Shown: piece by piece, positions 9,419 through 18,800 of the stretch
How the letters are laid out: each line of letters opens with the position of its first letter
Numbering within the stretch: position 1 is the stretch's first letter
From: Planctomycetales bacterium
GTDB lineage: Bacteria; 4484-113; JAFGCY01
Reading direction: 5' to 3'
Length of the DNA: 32,000 nucleotides
NCBI GenBank assembly: GCA_022646745.1
Contig: CP060262.1
Coordinates: 2,700,001-2,732,000 of the forward strand
Notes under the pieces: generated by a model
Databases searched by the model: none
The model's input: the letters and a program-made list of their open reading frames with translations, nothing else
Told to the model about the DNA's origin: nothing
Program-made: the position numbers and the translations under genes

Positions 9419-9506
9419 TGTATAGAAGTGTATCGGTATGCATGGCATACAGTCTGTACACTTCTCACATCAGTGATTTGCTCTGCGGGAATTCCGATGT
9501 ATACAT
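9419..9506. promoter_or_regulatory. Candidate operator cluster in the divergent MocR / lipoprotein intergenic region (nested inverted repeats rich in TGTA/TACA)
   Basis: AGAAGTGTA (9424-9432) pairs with TACACTTCT (9457-9465). Inner TATGC-ATG-GCATA sits around 9437-9449. Perfect 10-bp palindrome ATGTATACAT at 9497-9506. Confidence 0.3.
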
Positions 9507-9529
9507 ATGTAATCGGGAAGGAGAAGTTG

Positions 9530-12500
9530 ATGAGCATGACGAACACGCGATGGTATTTGATCACTGCAGTACTGGTACTGCTGTTCACCAGCGCCTGCGG
9601 GGGAGGCGGTTCACAGGATTTCCTGTCCGCCGACAACGACAGGGGATTCAGCCTGGCAACTGACCAGACTGCCGACGGCGGATCCGCACATTTCTCTATC
9701 AATGTGCTTGAGCAGGCGGACAGCACGGAAGTGCAGGTCAGCGCTGGCAATGCCCGCGACCTCACCCAGCTGCTGCTGCACCTCAACTATGATGCCAGCC
9801 GCTACACACCCTCCAGCCAGTCAGCCTCTGGGCTGCTTGGCGAGGATGACGAGCTGCTCACGCTTGCTGTTGACAGCGAGCCTGGTGTACTGCACTACGG
9901 TGTGGTCAGCACCACCGGAGCAGGCTTCAACGGCAGCGGCCTTCTGGCCAGCCTGAAGTTCGACAACCAGCCGCTGGATCCCGCCCGCACGCTGAGTTCA
10001 CCGCCTGCCCTGGGAAATGCGGCAGCCGAAATTGAATACAACAACCTGAGCGGCCAGATCAGCTGGTTCTATGCCAACCCCGGTGACACCAACCAGGATG
10101 GCCTGGTAAACCTCGCTGACCTGGTGCCGATCGCCCGCGACTACATGGCCGCTGGGCCCTTTGGCATCTCCTCTCGCCAGAGCGTGGCGGATGCCAACGC
10201 GGACGGAGAGGTCAACATCAGTGACGTCAGCGTACTGGGTGCAAACTGGAATAATGATGCTTTCGGCGGATTCAATGTCTACTCCTCCGACATCGAAGGC
10301 GCCCAGGGCAGCCCGGTCGGCAACGTAGCTTTCGCAAACGCCGTCGGTGACCCCGCTGCAGAGCGCCTGCGCTTCAGCTACATGCTCCCCAGCGGCAGCC
10401 GCAATGCCTACGCCTGGGTGCAGCCGGTTGACGGCGCTGGCATGGCCGGCCTGAGTGGAGACTCCATCTTCTCCGATATCGTGATCAGCGGACCGACCGC
10501 CAGCTTCGGCAACAAGACCGAGGGTGGCGACGGTACCTCCGGCAACCCCTTCGTTGTCAACAGTGGCGAGGTTATGCCCTTCGTGGTCTATGACCCCGAG
10601 GATGGCGACATCACCGGGAGCGCAGGCCTATCCATGTGGCTTGAGCCGACTGTCGCAGGAACCCTGTCCGGCGGCATGCTGAACGTTTCCGACAGCTACA
10701 ACGGCAACTTCGTGATGCGCGGCAGCTACCAGGGCGAGGACGTCCAGCTGCTGGCGACGACCAAGACCTCCAGCGGCCTCGGCACGGGTAATGGCGATGG
10801 TGCCTTCTTCCAGATTGATGGCTGCCTTGAGCTGCGACTGGATGCCCCCGAGCTGGATGGCAACGGTTCCATCTGGAACCCCTATATCGTGGATACGGCC
10901 GGTGCCAGCCTGGATTTCAGTGTCTGGCATTGCGACTTCGGCGACATCAGCGACAGTGAGAACCTGAGCTGGGGCTGGCAGCCGGAGAACGCTGGCGAAT
11001 TCAACTGGGACATCAAGGGCTTCACATTCTTCGAGCAGTTCACCGGGCTGTGGGTGATCGAGGTTGCCTGGGAGCATGAAGGCGCAGTCGCCTCGGACCA
11101 CCTCTACTTCATCGTGGACCCGAGCGGCGGCGGCAGCGAGGCAGAGCTCGCGCTCAAGGTGCTGGATGGCTTCGAGGACGGTGCAGGCACCGCCGAGAAC
11201 CCCTACATCATCTGCGACACCACTCATGAATTCGGCCTGAAGGCCTGGCACAGCGAGCTTGGCGACGTCACCCAGAACGAGCACCTGATCTGGCATGTCA
11301 ACCCGGAAACGGCCGGCATAGTCCATCCGGAGTGGCACCAGTTCAACGTGGCGGAGGGCTTCCTCGGCAACTTCTACATCGAGATCGTGTGGGAGACCGA
11401 GAACCAGCGCTTGGTTGCCAAGAAGTACTTCAAGGTGCAGCAATGCGAGACCGGCGGCAAGGTCTTTGAGATCAAGGTCGGCGAGGGCATCTCCGGCGGC
11501 ACCGGCACACAGGAGGACCCCTACCAGGTCTGCATCGACGAGGTGTGGGAGTTCTACCTGAAGGCCTGGCACGAGGAATATGGCGACGTGACGGAGCATG
11601 GTGACACCACCTGGAGCTGGAGCCCGGAGAATGCCGGAGCGGTCCATCCCGAGTGGCACCAGTTCAACATGGCGGAGGGATTCACCGGCCCGTTCAGCAT
11701 CCACGCCGTGCACCACCGCCAGGGCCAGGCCTGGGAAGACACCAAGTACTTCAAGGCGCTGGAGTGCGGTGGTACCGAGAATTATGTCGAGATCAAGGTC
11801 ACCAGTGGCTACGTGGATGGCAACGGTGGACCTGACAACCCGTACATCATCTGCAACGACACCTGGGAACTGGGCGTGAAGGGCTGGCACAGCGTGCTGG
11901 AGGACATCACCCAGAACGAGCACACCACCTGGATCGTGGATTCACCGAATGCCGGCATCATGCACCCCGAATGGCACCAGTTCAACCTGTCACAGGGCTG
12001 GCTTGGTCCCTTCCACATCAAGCTGGTGTGGGAAGCCGAGGGTGTCGTGCTGACCGACACCAAGTACTTCAACGTGATCGAGTGCAACACTGAGGAACCC
12101 TACCTCAGCCTGGTGACGGACCTCGAGGGGCTCGGCGGCGAGGGGACGCAGGAGCTGCCCTACAAGTTCTGCCAGGGCAGCGTCGGCGAGATCTTCTTCC
12201 AGGTTTTCCACAGTGAGCTTGGCGAGATCACCTTTGACGAGCACCTCCACTGGTTCACTGAGCCCGCCGCTGCCGGCGAGTTCCGTCCGGACTTCTCAGA
12301 CTTCGTCGTTGATGCAGGCTATCTCGGTGTCTTCAACGTGACCTGCAAGTACATCACGGAGCAGCAGACCCTCATCAAGACCCTGTGGTTCAAGCAGGTT
12401 GACTGCGAGCTGCCCAGTGAGCTGGTGCTGATCGTCACCAATCCGCCGGAGCAGGGTGAGGGTACCGAGGCCAACCCCTATGTTTATCCGCAGAACCCGA

Positions 12501-12727
12501 TCGAGATCGGCCTGAAGTTCCTGCACCCCGAACTGGGTGACATCACTGACAACGAGAACGTCGTCTGGGGCTGGAACCCGGAGAATGCCGGTGAGTTCCG
12601 TCCGCAGTGGAATGACTTCCGCGTCAACAACGAATTCACCGGAGGATTCTGGATCTCCGCTGGCTGGCCGACCGAAGGTGGGCTGGAGGTCCGCAAGGTC
12701 TGGATCGTGATCGGCAACGTGATCTGA
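9530..12727 (+). CDS. Lipoprotein with dockerin-type repeat pair followed by seven tandem ~106-aa beta-rich repeats (unassigned, Ig-like?)
   Basis: The ORF-track ORF opens at 9266, but ATG 9530 follows a strong SD (GGAAGGAGAAG) and gives MSMTNTRWYLITAVLVLLFTSA/CGGGGS, a signal peptide with lipobox-like Cys. Dockerin pair NPGDTNQDGLVNLADLVPIARDY ... DANADGEVNISDVSVLGANW lies at about 10078-10250. The repeats are listed as a separate feature. Confidence 0.75.
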   Translation: MSMTNTRWYLITAVLVLLFTSACGGGGSQDFLSADNDRGFSLATDQTADGGSAHFSINVLEQADSTEVQVSAGNARDLTQLLLHLNYDASRYTPSSQSASGLLGEDDELLTLAVDSEPGVLHYGVVSTTGAGFNGSGLLASLKFDNQPLDPARTLSSPPALGNAAAEIEYNNLSGQISWFYANPGDTNQDGLVNLADLVPIARDYMAAGPFGISSRQSVADANADGEVNISDVSVLGANWNNDAFGGFNVYSSDIEGAQGSPVGNVAFANAVGDPAAERLRFSYMLPSGSRNAYAWVQPVDGAGMAGLSGDSIFSDIVISGPTASFGNKTEGGDGTSGNPFVVNSGEVMPFVVYDPEDGDITGSAGLSMWLEPTVAGTLSGGMLNVSDSYNGNFVMRGSYQGEDVQLLATTKTSSGLGTGNGDGAFFQIDGCLELRLDAPELDGNGSIWNPYIVDTAGASLDFSVWHCDFGDISDSENLSWGWQPENAGEFNWDIKGFTFFEQFTGLWVIEVAWEHEGAVASDHLYFIVDPSGGGSEAELALKVLDGFEDGAGTAENPYIICDTTHEFGLKAWHSELGDVTQNEHLIWHVNPETAGIVHPEWHQFNVAEGFLGNFYIEIVWETENQRLVAKKYFKVQQCETGGKVFEIKVGEGISGGTGTQEDPYQVCIDEVWEFYLKAWHEEYGDVTEHGDTTWSWSPENAGAVHPEWHQFNMAEGFTGPFSIHAVHHRQGQAWEDTKYFKALECGGTENYVEIKVTSGYVDGNGGPDNPYIICNDTWELGVKGWHSVLEDITQNEHTTWIVDSPNAGIMHPEWHQFNLSQGWLGPFHIKLVWEAEGVVLTDTKYFNVIECNTEEPYLSLVTDLEGLGGEGTQELPYKFCQGSVGEIFFQVFHSELGEITFDEHLHWFTEPAAAGEFRPDFSDFVVDAGYLGVFNVTCKYITEQQTLIKTLWFKQVDCELPSELVLIVTNPPEQGEGTEANPYVYPQNPIEIGLKFLHPELGDITDNENVVWGWNPENAGEFRPQWNDFRVNNEFTGGFWISAGWPTEGGLEVRKVWIVIGNVI
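10526..12724 (+). repeat. Seven in-frame tandem coding repeats (period 318-333 nt) inside lipoprotein gene 9530-12727
   Basis: Repeat starts (G-x-G-[TS]-x-x-NP[YF]) at 10526, 10859, 11180, 11498, 11819, 12137 and 12455. Conserved columns are NPY, [KV]-[AG]-WH-x-E-L-G-D-[IV]-T, W-x-W-x-PENAG, HPEWHQFN, F-x-G-x-F-x-I and KYFK-x-x-x-C. Confidence 0.85.
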
Positions 12728-12750
12728 TCCTCTGACCGGAGCATGCATGC

Positions 12751-12779
12751 AGGGCGTCCCTACGGGGGCGCCCTTTTTT
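12751..12779. terminator. Bidirectional intrinsic terminator between convergent genes
   Basis: Hairpin GGGCG-t-CCC-tac-GGG-gg-CGCCC followed by TTTTTT on the + strand, 24 nt after the stop at 12727. The T-run abuts and overlaps the stop codon of the minus-strand ankyrin gene (12778-12780). Confidence 0.6.
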
Positions 12780-14673
12780 ATCTCGCGGTCTCGAGCCAGC
12801 CTGCAAGAATCTCATTTCCGGCAAGCCGCGCCAGTCGTGCGGGGGTGTAGCCCCTGCCATCAACCGCATCCGGCTGCGCACCGGTTTCGATCAGCTTGCT
12901 GGCCAGCGGAACGGAACCACGCAGGGCCAGGTGGTGCAATGATCCCCACTGCATGCTGTCAACCGCGTTGACATCCGCACCGGCCTCGATCAGCTGCCTG
13001 GCGCAGGATTCCCCGTAGTAGTTGCTTGCCGCCAGTGCGTGCATCAGTGCAGTGCGTCCCTGGCTGTCACGCTTGTCAAGCGATGCTCCCTTCTCGATCA
13101 GCTGGCTGATGATCACAGCGATCCCGGTATCCGCCGCCAACATCAGGGCACTGTTCCCCTGCGCATCAGTGGTGTCCGGATCTGCGCCGGCCCTCAGCAG
13201 CAGTGCTGCCACTTCGTTGTCACCGCGGCTGCAGGCCCGCAGCAGTGGAGTGCCGAACCAGGGGTCGAATGCATCAGCCGCTGCCCCGGCATCCAGCAGG
13301 TCCTTCACGAGTTCCGTCGGTGACAGCGCTCCACATGACAATGCGGTTGCTCCTCCGACCCCCCTTGCGTTGACGTCCGCACCGCGGCTGAGCAGCAGTT
13401 CAACCGTGCTTGCCTGGCCGGCCATGGAGGCGTAGTGCAGTGCAGTCCAGCCGCAGCCGTCCGTGCCGTTGACATCCTCACCGGCATCCAATGCAAGCTC
13501 AATGATTGAATCACTGCCCTGCGCTGCCGTGAAGTGGAAGGGATGCAGGTCAAATCCACCCTCGCCACCGGCCTCGCTCAGTAGCTTTGCCAGCTCCGCA
13601 TGTCCGCCATCCACGGCCCGGTCCAGGGCGGTGCGTGCCATGTAGTCACAGGCGTTCACATCTGCACCGCGTTCCAGCAGCAGCTGGGCCACCTGCACGA
13701 GGTTGCGATCAGCGGCACTGATCAGCGGTGTCTCGCCGTAGGCCCCGCGAAGCTCGATGTCAGCGCCATGGTCCAGCATCAGGTTTGCCATGGCTGTTGA
13801 TTCAACCGTATGCAGCCTGCCGTAGCCCCAGCTGTTCAGCCGGTCCGGGTCGGCGCCATACTCCAGCAGGGTGGCGCACACCTCATAGGTACCGCCAAGC
13901 AAGGGTGTCTGCCCGCTGAAGTCCTCGACCGGATCCACCTCAGCTCCGGCGTCCAGCAATAGCGCGGTGCATTCCTGGGAGTCCACGCAGAGGTGCAGCG
14001 GGGTCACCGAATTCATCAGGGTTGGCAGCGAAGGATCAAGTCCATTCTGCAGCAGCAGGCTGACCAGCGGTGCGTTGCCACTGGCGGCTGCGAGGTGCAG
14101 GCAGCTGATCCCGGCATCCCAGCCGGAGGATGCAAGCATCATCTCCATGCCGCTTCGCAGCTCCGCCGGGTTGTCCGCCAGCACGCCGTCACTCAGCCAT
14201 TGCCAGTCTCCCCTGTACAGGCGACGCACATCGGCCCCGCCGTCCAGCAGGCGCTGGACCATCTGGAGGTCCCCGAACTGGCAGGCGGCATGCAACGGCG
14301 AGAACCCACCCCAGCCACTGGCATTCACGTCCGCGCCCTGCTGCAGCAGGGAATTGACGACTGCGAGATTGCCAACTGCGATTGCATAGTGCAGGGGTGT
14401 CAGGCCAGCAGTGTCACCGGCATTCACCATGCCTGGTGTGTAGGCTCCGGCGATTGACATATCCCCCTTGATCACGGCAAGGTGCAGTGCATTCCAGCCG
14501 GTTCCGCTCCAGCCCTGCATCTCGGTGGCCTGGGAGACGATCCCGAAGGGCCGGATGTTGATCGTGGCCGGTCCGTCTGCCACTTCCCCGTCGGCCTGCC
14601 AGGCAGATGCAGCCTGCATGGACAGGAGCAGCAAGGCAAACGAACTGGCGATCAGGTGTCTGAAGCGAGGCAT
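12778..14673 (-). CDS. Secreted ankyrin-repeat protein (~17 ANK repeats)
   Basis: ATG 14673 gives MPRFRHLIASSFALLLLSMQAASA/WQ (signal peptide). The TTG at 14736 would overlap the upstream gene. Repeats of the form G-x-TPLH-x-A-x-x-x-G-x-x-x-x-V-x-x-LL-x-x-GAD-[VP]-N recur about 17 times. Confidence 0.85.
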   Translation of the reverse strand: MPRFRHLIASSFALLLLSMQAASAWQADGEVADGPATINIRPFGIVSQATEMQGWSGTGWNALHLAVIKGDMSIAGAYTPGMVNAGDTAGLTPLHYAIAVGNLAVVNSLLQQGADVNASGWGGFSPLHAACQFGDLQMVQRLLDGGADVRRLYRGDWQWLSDGVLADNPAELRSGMEMMLASSGWDAGISCLHLAAASGNAPLVSLLLQNGLDPSLPTLMNSVTPLHLCVDSQECTALLLDAGAEVDPVEDFSGQTPLLGGTYEVCATLLEYGADPDRLNSWGYGRLHTVESTAMANLMLDHGADIELRGAYGETPLISAADRNLVQVAQLLLERGADVNACDYMARTALDRAVDGGHAELAKLLSEAGGEGGFDLHPFHFTAAQGSDSIIELALDAGEDVNGTDGCGWTALHYASMAGQASTVELLLSRGADVNARGVGGATALSCGALSPTELVKDLLDAGAAADAFDPWFGTPLLRACSRGDNEVAALLLRAGADPDTTDAQGNSALMLAADTGIAVIISQLIEKGASLDKRDSQGRTALMHALAASNYYGESCARQLIEAGADVNAVDSMQWGSLHHLALRGSVPLASKLIETGAQPDAVDGRGYTPARLARLAGNEILAGWLETAR

Positions 14674-14698
14674 GGCAAGAGAATACAGTGCGCAGGGC

Positions 14699-15616
14699 TC
14701 AGTTTTCGACAGTTGCGGCTTCTTCCGCTTCAACAATCTCCTCTATTCCGGCCAGCTGGTTGCTCCATTGCAGGAACTCTCGGGCGATTTCCGTCCAGTC
14801 CGGGTCCGTCTCATCAAAGTTTCCATGGTTGCCACCCGGCACACGCAGCAGCCGGTTGTCCACCCCAAGTCCAGAGAGCAGCTCCTGCATGGCAACGCTC
14901 TGGGAATACGGCACGATGTCGTCTGCATCACCGTGCACCATGAATACCGGCACGTCGCGTTTGTCCGCGTAGTTGAGAGGGCTGGCATCACGTGCCTGTG
15001 ACGGATCCTCCAGCGGATCTCCACCAAGCAGGTTGACCAGCATGTAGCGGATCTGGTGGAAGTGCCATTCCTCGGCCAGCAGGTCAGTGGGGCCGTACAG
15101 CGAGAATGTCCCGATGATGCTGTAGTTGCGCCAGCTGTGCTGGTCGAGCCCTGCCATCAGGGACAGGTGCCCCCCGGCACTGCCGCCGGCCACGACGATC
15201 CTTTCCGGATCAGCACCGATTTCATCAGCGTGCCTGCCGATCCATTCGAGGCAGGCGTGCACATCTTCTATCTGTGCCGGCCACTTTGCCTGGCCGGACA
15301 GCCGGTAGTTAGTGCTGATCCCGACCCAGCCTGCCTGAACGGGGCCGCGCAGGAAGATCTCACCTTCCGCCTTGTCCCCGCCCTGCCAGCCGCCTCCGTG
15401 GATATACAGGCACACCGGACGAGGACCCTCGGATTCCCCTGCAGGTAGGTAGATATCCATTGCGACATCCACTCCATCCGCAGAACTGAAGACCACATTG
15501 CGCCTGACTTCAGCTGTGCCCTGTTCAGTCTCCTGGCACGCTGCCGGCCTGGCAGTCAGGACCAGCGCAAGCCCAGATATCATTGCGAAAAGCGATTTGC
15601 GTGTTATGCTCCACAT
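14699..15616 (-). CDS. Secreted alpha/beta-hydrolase (esterase/lipase-like)
   Basis: ATG 15616 gives MWSITRKSLFAMISGLALVLTARPAA (signal peptide). Oxyanion motif LYIHGGGW, nucleophile elbow GGSAGG, and downstream VHGDADDIV and GGNHG as candidate Asp/His. Confidence 0.75.
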   Translation of the reverse strand: MWSITRKSLFAMISGLALVLTARPAACQETEQGTAEVRRNVVFSSADGVDVAMDIYLPAGESEGPRPVCLYIHGGGWQGGDKAEGEIFLRGPVQAGWVGISTNYRLSGQAKWPAQIEDVHACLEWIGRHADEIGADPERIVVAGGSAGGHLSLMAGLDQHSWRNYSIIGTFSLYGPTDLLAEEWHFHQIRYMLVNLLGGDPLEDPSQARDASPLNYADKRDVPVFMVHGDADDIVPYSQSVAMQELLSGLGVDNRLLRVPGGNHGNFDETDPDWTEIAREFLQWSNQLAGIEEIVEAEEAATVEN

Positions 15617-15839
15617 AGCTGGACAAAAGCTTACCGTCAGCACCCCTGGACTGACATGAAAATGGACCTCTTTGAAACTCCATCTCATTGACGGTTGACT
15701 GGTGAGTGTCTATGCTGGATTAGTCCCATCGCTATAAATTCCCTGAATTGATGTTTACTATTGAAAATTCAAGGGGATAACGAGTGGTTTGCTAAATTTC
15801 GGTGAGCCGCAATTTATTGGGATACAGAGGAGAAGGTCA
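15617..15839. promoter_or_regulatory. AT-rich divergent intergenic region; probable promoters for the esterase gene (-) and the giant gene (+), plus the giant-gene SD
   Basis: Markedly AT-richer than its flanks. TTGACT at 15695-15700 and TATAAA at 15733-15738 are -35/-10-like but not well spaced. SD GAGGAGAAGG at 15827-15836 precedes ATG 15840. Confidence 0.3.
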
Positions 15840-18800
15840 ATGGCTGGGTTTTCTGCCTTTTTCCGAACATCCAGGGAATTCCTTGGACACGCACGCATTG
15901 CATCGCTCATGGCAGTGATGCTTTTCGCTTTTCTGGGGCAAAGCGCAATTGCCGCTGGATACCTCAAATATGAAGGTATCGACGGCGAGTCGCAGGGCGC
16001 ACAGGCTCCGGGTTCCGGTTTCACCCTGGTCTTCGGTACCGAAGATCTCGGTGAAGTCCAGGAGTTGAGCTTCGAGCCGGACATCCTGGAGGTGCGCAGC
16101 TTCGAACAGGGGCGGGACAACCTCCGGGTGGAAGTGGTGCTTTCGCCAGATGCCGCAGCAGGGGACACGGAACTTACATGCATGTGTACCCATCTGCTGG
16201 CTGACGGAGGTGAAGATGAAACCACCACGACCTTTGTGCTCTCCATCCGCGGCAATCCGGAGCTGACCGGGCTGCGTGACTCAAGCATCAGGGTGGATTC
16301 GCCGGATGAGCCGCTGCGCATCGTGATAGACGGCAAGGGCCTTGCGGAATTCGTCAACGAGGCAAACATCATGGCAAGGGTCACCGGAAACGGAATTGAC
16401 AATGATTGTGATGTTGTCGACGAGGACTGCGATGACGACAGCCTCAGCTTCTCCGTGAATCCCCCATCCAATGGCTGGACAGGTGCGACAGCCCTGCAGA
16501 TTGCCGTCAACCATCCCAATATCGTACAGTTCATCGGGACAGTGAAGCTTGATTCCAGTCAGCTGGGCAAGCCTGGTGAATACGAATTTGAACTGACGGA
16601 TGTTGAAGGCAGCCTGAAGGTTCTGCCCAATGGAAAGCCAGCCCCCGACCAGGGGGAAATTGTGCTTATCGGCGAGCTGCGCGGCATGTTTGCCGGTGGA
16701 GCGGCCTCCGGTCTGGCACAGGTGCGAGTTGTGGATGCCTTCGGGAACAATGTCCCTGTTGCCAGCGGCGACCTGGATATCGCCGACCAGGAGTCGGCTA
16801 CCGTCAGGGTTGTAGTGCGTGGCTGGGACCCGACCGAGAAGAAGAATGTAAAGAGTGCTGATGAGCTTGGTGATGAGATCGAGCTCAGCCTGCAATGCGA
16901 GTATGACGGAAAGCGCCTCAGTTCATCCATTGACTGCCCGCTCGAGCTAGTAGAATCCAAGAAGAAGCAGCTCAAGGCAGTTGTCAACCCGCTCAAGGAC
17001 GGTGTCAATGGCGAAGTTGGCGAGGACGGATTTGAGTGGGACAATGACACGGTCGAGTTTGATGTGTTGATCGGCCGGGAGTTCGCCGTTGAAGGTGCCG
17101 AGGTTTCAGTTGAGGCGATGGTTTCTCCGGAGCTGAAGGATTCAATGTTCAGCGGCATGGAGCTTGACGTGGAAGCCGGTGATGTCGAGCTGGACAAGCG
17201 TCAGCTCCTGTCCCCGATCCGTTGTACCTTCCCGCCGGTGGATGCCGGCGACGGCCGCAACTCCGGCTTCCGCACAATTCCGATAATTGTTGTGGTTGGC
17301 ATCGGTGACGCCGAGGCCCGTATCCCGCTGGAGGTCCCCTTCACACTCGGCAAGGTGGAGCTTGCCCCGGTCCTGACCCGGGTGGTTCCTGTCAACGATC
17401 CCCCGAGCGTGGCGATCGCACCCGGTTCTCCTGATATTGAGGACCTGCTGTCCGCCTGCTCTTTCAGCATTGAAGTGAGTGGTGAGAACCTTGACGAGAA
17501 GTTGGCGGGTGACCTTGAAGTCACTGTTGACGGCGAGGTCTGCGGAGTCAACGAGAGCTCATACGAAATCCTTGAGAACGGCGCCGGCAAGTTCAAGGTT
17601 GATATTGAAGGCTGCCCTGTCTCTTCGTCAAATGTCGAGTCGATTATTAATGACTCCTCCAACTGGGGTTCCGAGCAGGTGCTGCCGTTCACGGTTGAAG
17701 TGAGCCTTGGTGACAGTACCGTCAGCTGCCGGCATGACCTGAAGATTTCAGTCGGCGAACCTGAGGCAATCCTGATCGGCCTGCTGCTGCCGGCCGTGCA
17801 GAAGGTCCGTGCTGCCGATACGACGGAGTTCGGGCTGACCATCCAGTTCAGCGGTGAGAACCTCACTGAGCAGTTCATGGGTGGCATCACTGTTGAGGAC
17901 CTCGTCATCGACGAACGCGAAATGACCACCGGTGCTGACTGGGATTACCGCCTCAGCTCCGGTGCCGACGGCTTCACTGGCCATGTGACCGTGCTGAAGA
18001 TCGCGGCAGGCGGTGGTGGCGACACCACGGACTGGTGGCTTGAGACCTGCGGCGGCGAGCGCAAGTCCGAGTTCAGGGTTAGCTGCGTGCTGGTTGATGC
18101 GAACGGTGACAGCCAGGACCTCCAGTGCACGGTGCCGATTGAATGGCCGGAGGAAGTGGTACCGGCCATCATCAGCCTGGCAGTGTCTAGTTCACAGCCA
18201 GTGCAGATCAGCGAGGACGGCATTCTGTCCATTGACTTCGAAATGGAAGTTGAGGGATTCAGCGATGAACTCTACAACTCAATTGAATGGTATCCGGATT
18301 GTGATGACGACGACTATCGTCTGGGTGATTTCGAAGTTAGTTACCGGACCTACCAGCCCGGCCAGCCACAGTACGGCAACATTACCTTTGAGCGTAACGA
18401 CAGTGGCAACGGCGGTGATAACGGAGAATTGAAGATCAAGCTCCGTTGCAAGATGATTGCTGCTGATGGTGGTTCATCGGAGGCTGAAGCCGAGTGCGCA
18501 GTTCTGCTCCCCGCGATTCCACCAGTCATCAGCGGCATCGAATTCAGCAGTGCGACTCCGCTTTCCGCAGACTGGACAACCGAACTGACCCTGAAGCTCT
18601 CCGGTGAGAACCTCGATGTACTGCGCCGCAGTGGCGACCAGTGGCTGGACAATGGTGGTGCAGTCTACATGTCCTCCGGGATGTGCTCGGGCGTGCTGCA
18701 GGGCTTTGAAGAGCCAATGGACGGCAGCTGTGAAGTGACTGACCTGCGCATCTCTGACGATGGCAGCAGCGCTGAAATGACAATGACGTGCCGGGCCAGT

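Noticed and set aside
9266-9529. N-terminal extension of the lipoprotein ORF (ORF track starts at 9266)
   Set aside because: The extension overlaps the divergent MocR gene start and its promoter region, and has no SD. ATG 9530 has a strong SD and yields an immediate signal peptide with lipobox.
10628-11923. 431-aa minus-strand ORF
   Set aside because: It is antisense to the repeat region of lipoprotein gene 9530-12727. The sense frame has a clear periodic conserved motif, and the antisense translation is featureless.
10526-12724. Periodic ~318-nt repeats: could they be a CRISPR-like or satellite array?
   Set aside because: The period is far too long, the units are in frame and diverged, and they lie inside one ORF. 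They are protein-domain repeats. No short direct repeat plus spacer structure exists anywhere in the window.
14674-14736. TTG-initiated extension of the ankyrin ORF; similarly 15617-15688 for the esterase and 15789-15839 for the giant gene
   Set aside because: The downstream ATGs give canonical signal peptides. The extension would overlap the upstream gene's stop (14699) or lack an SD.
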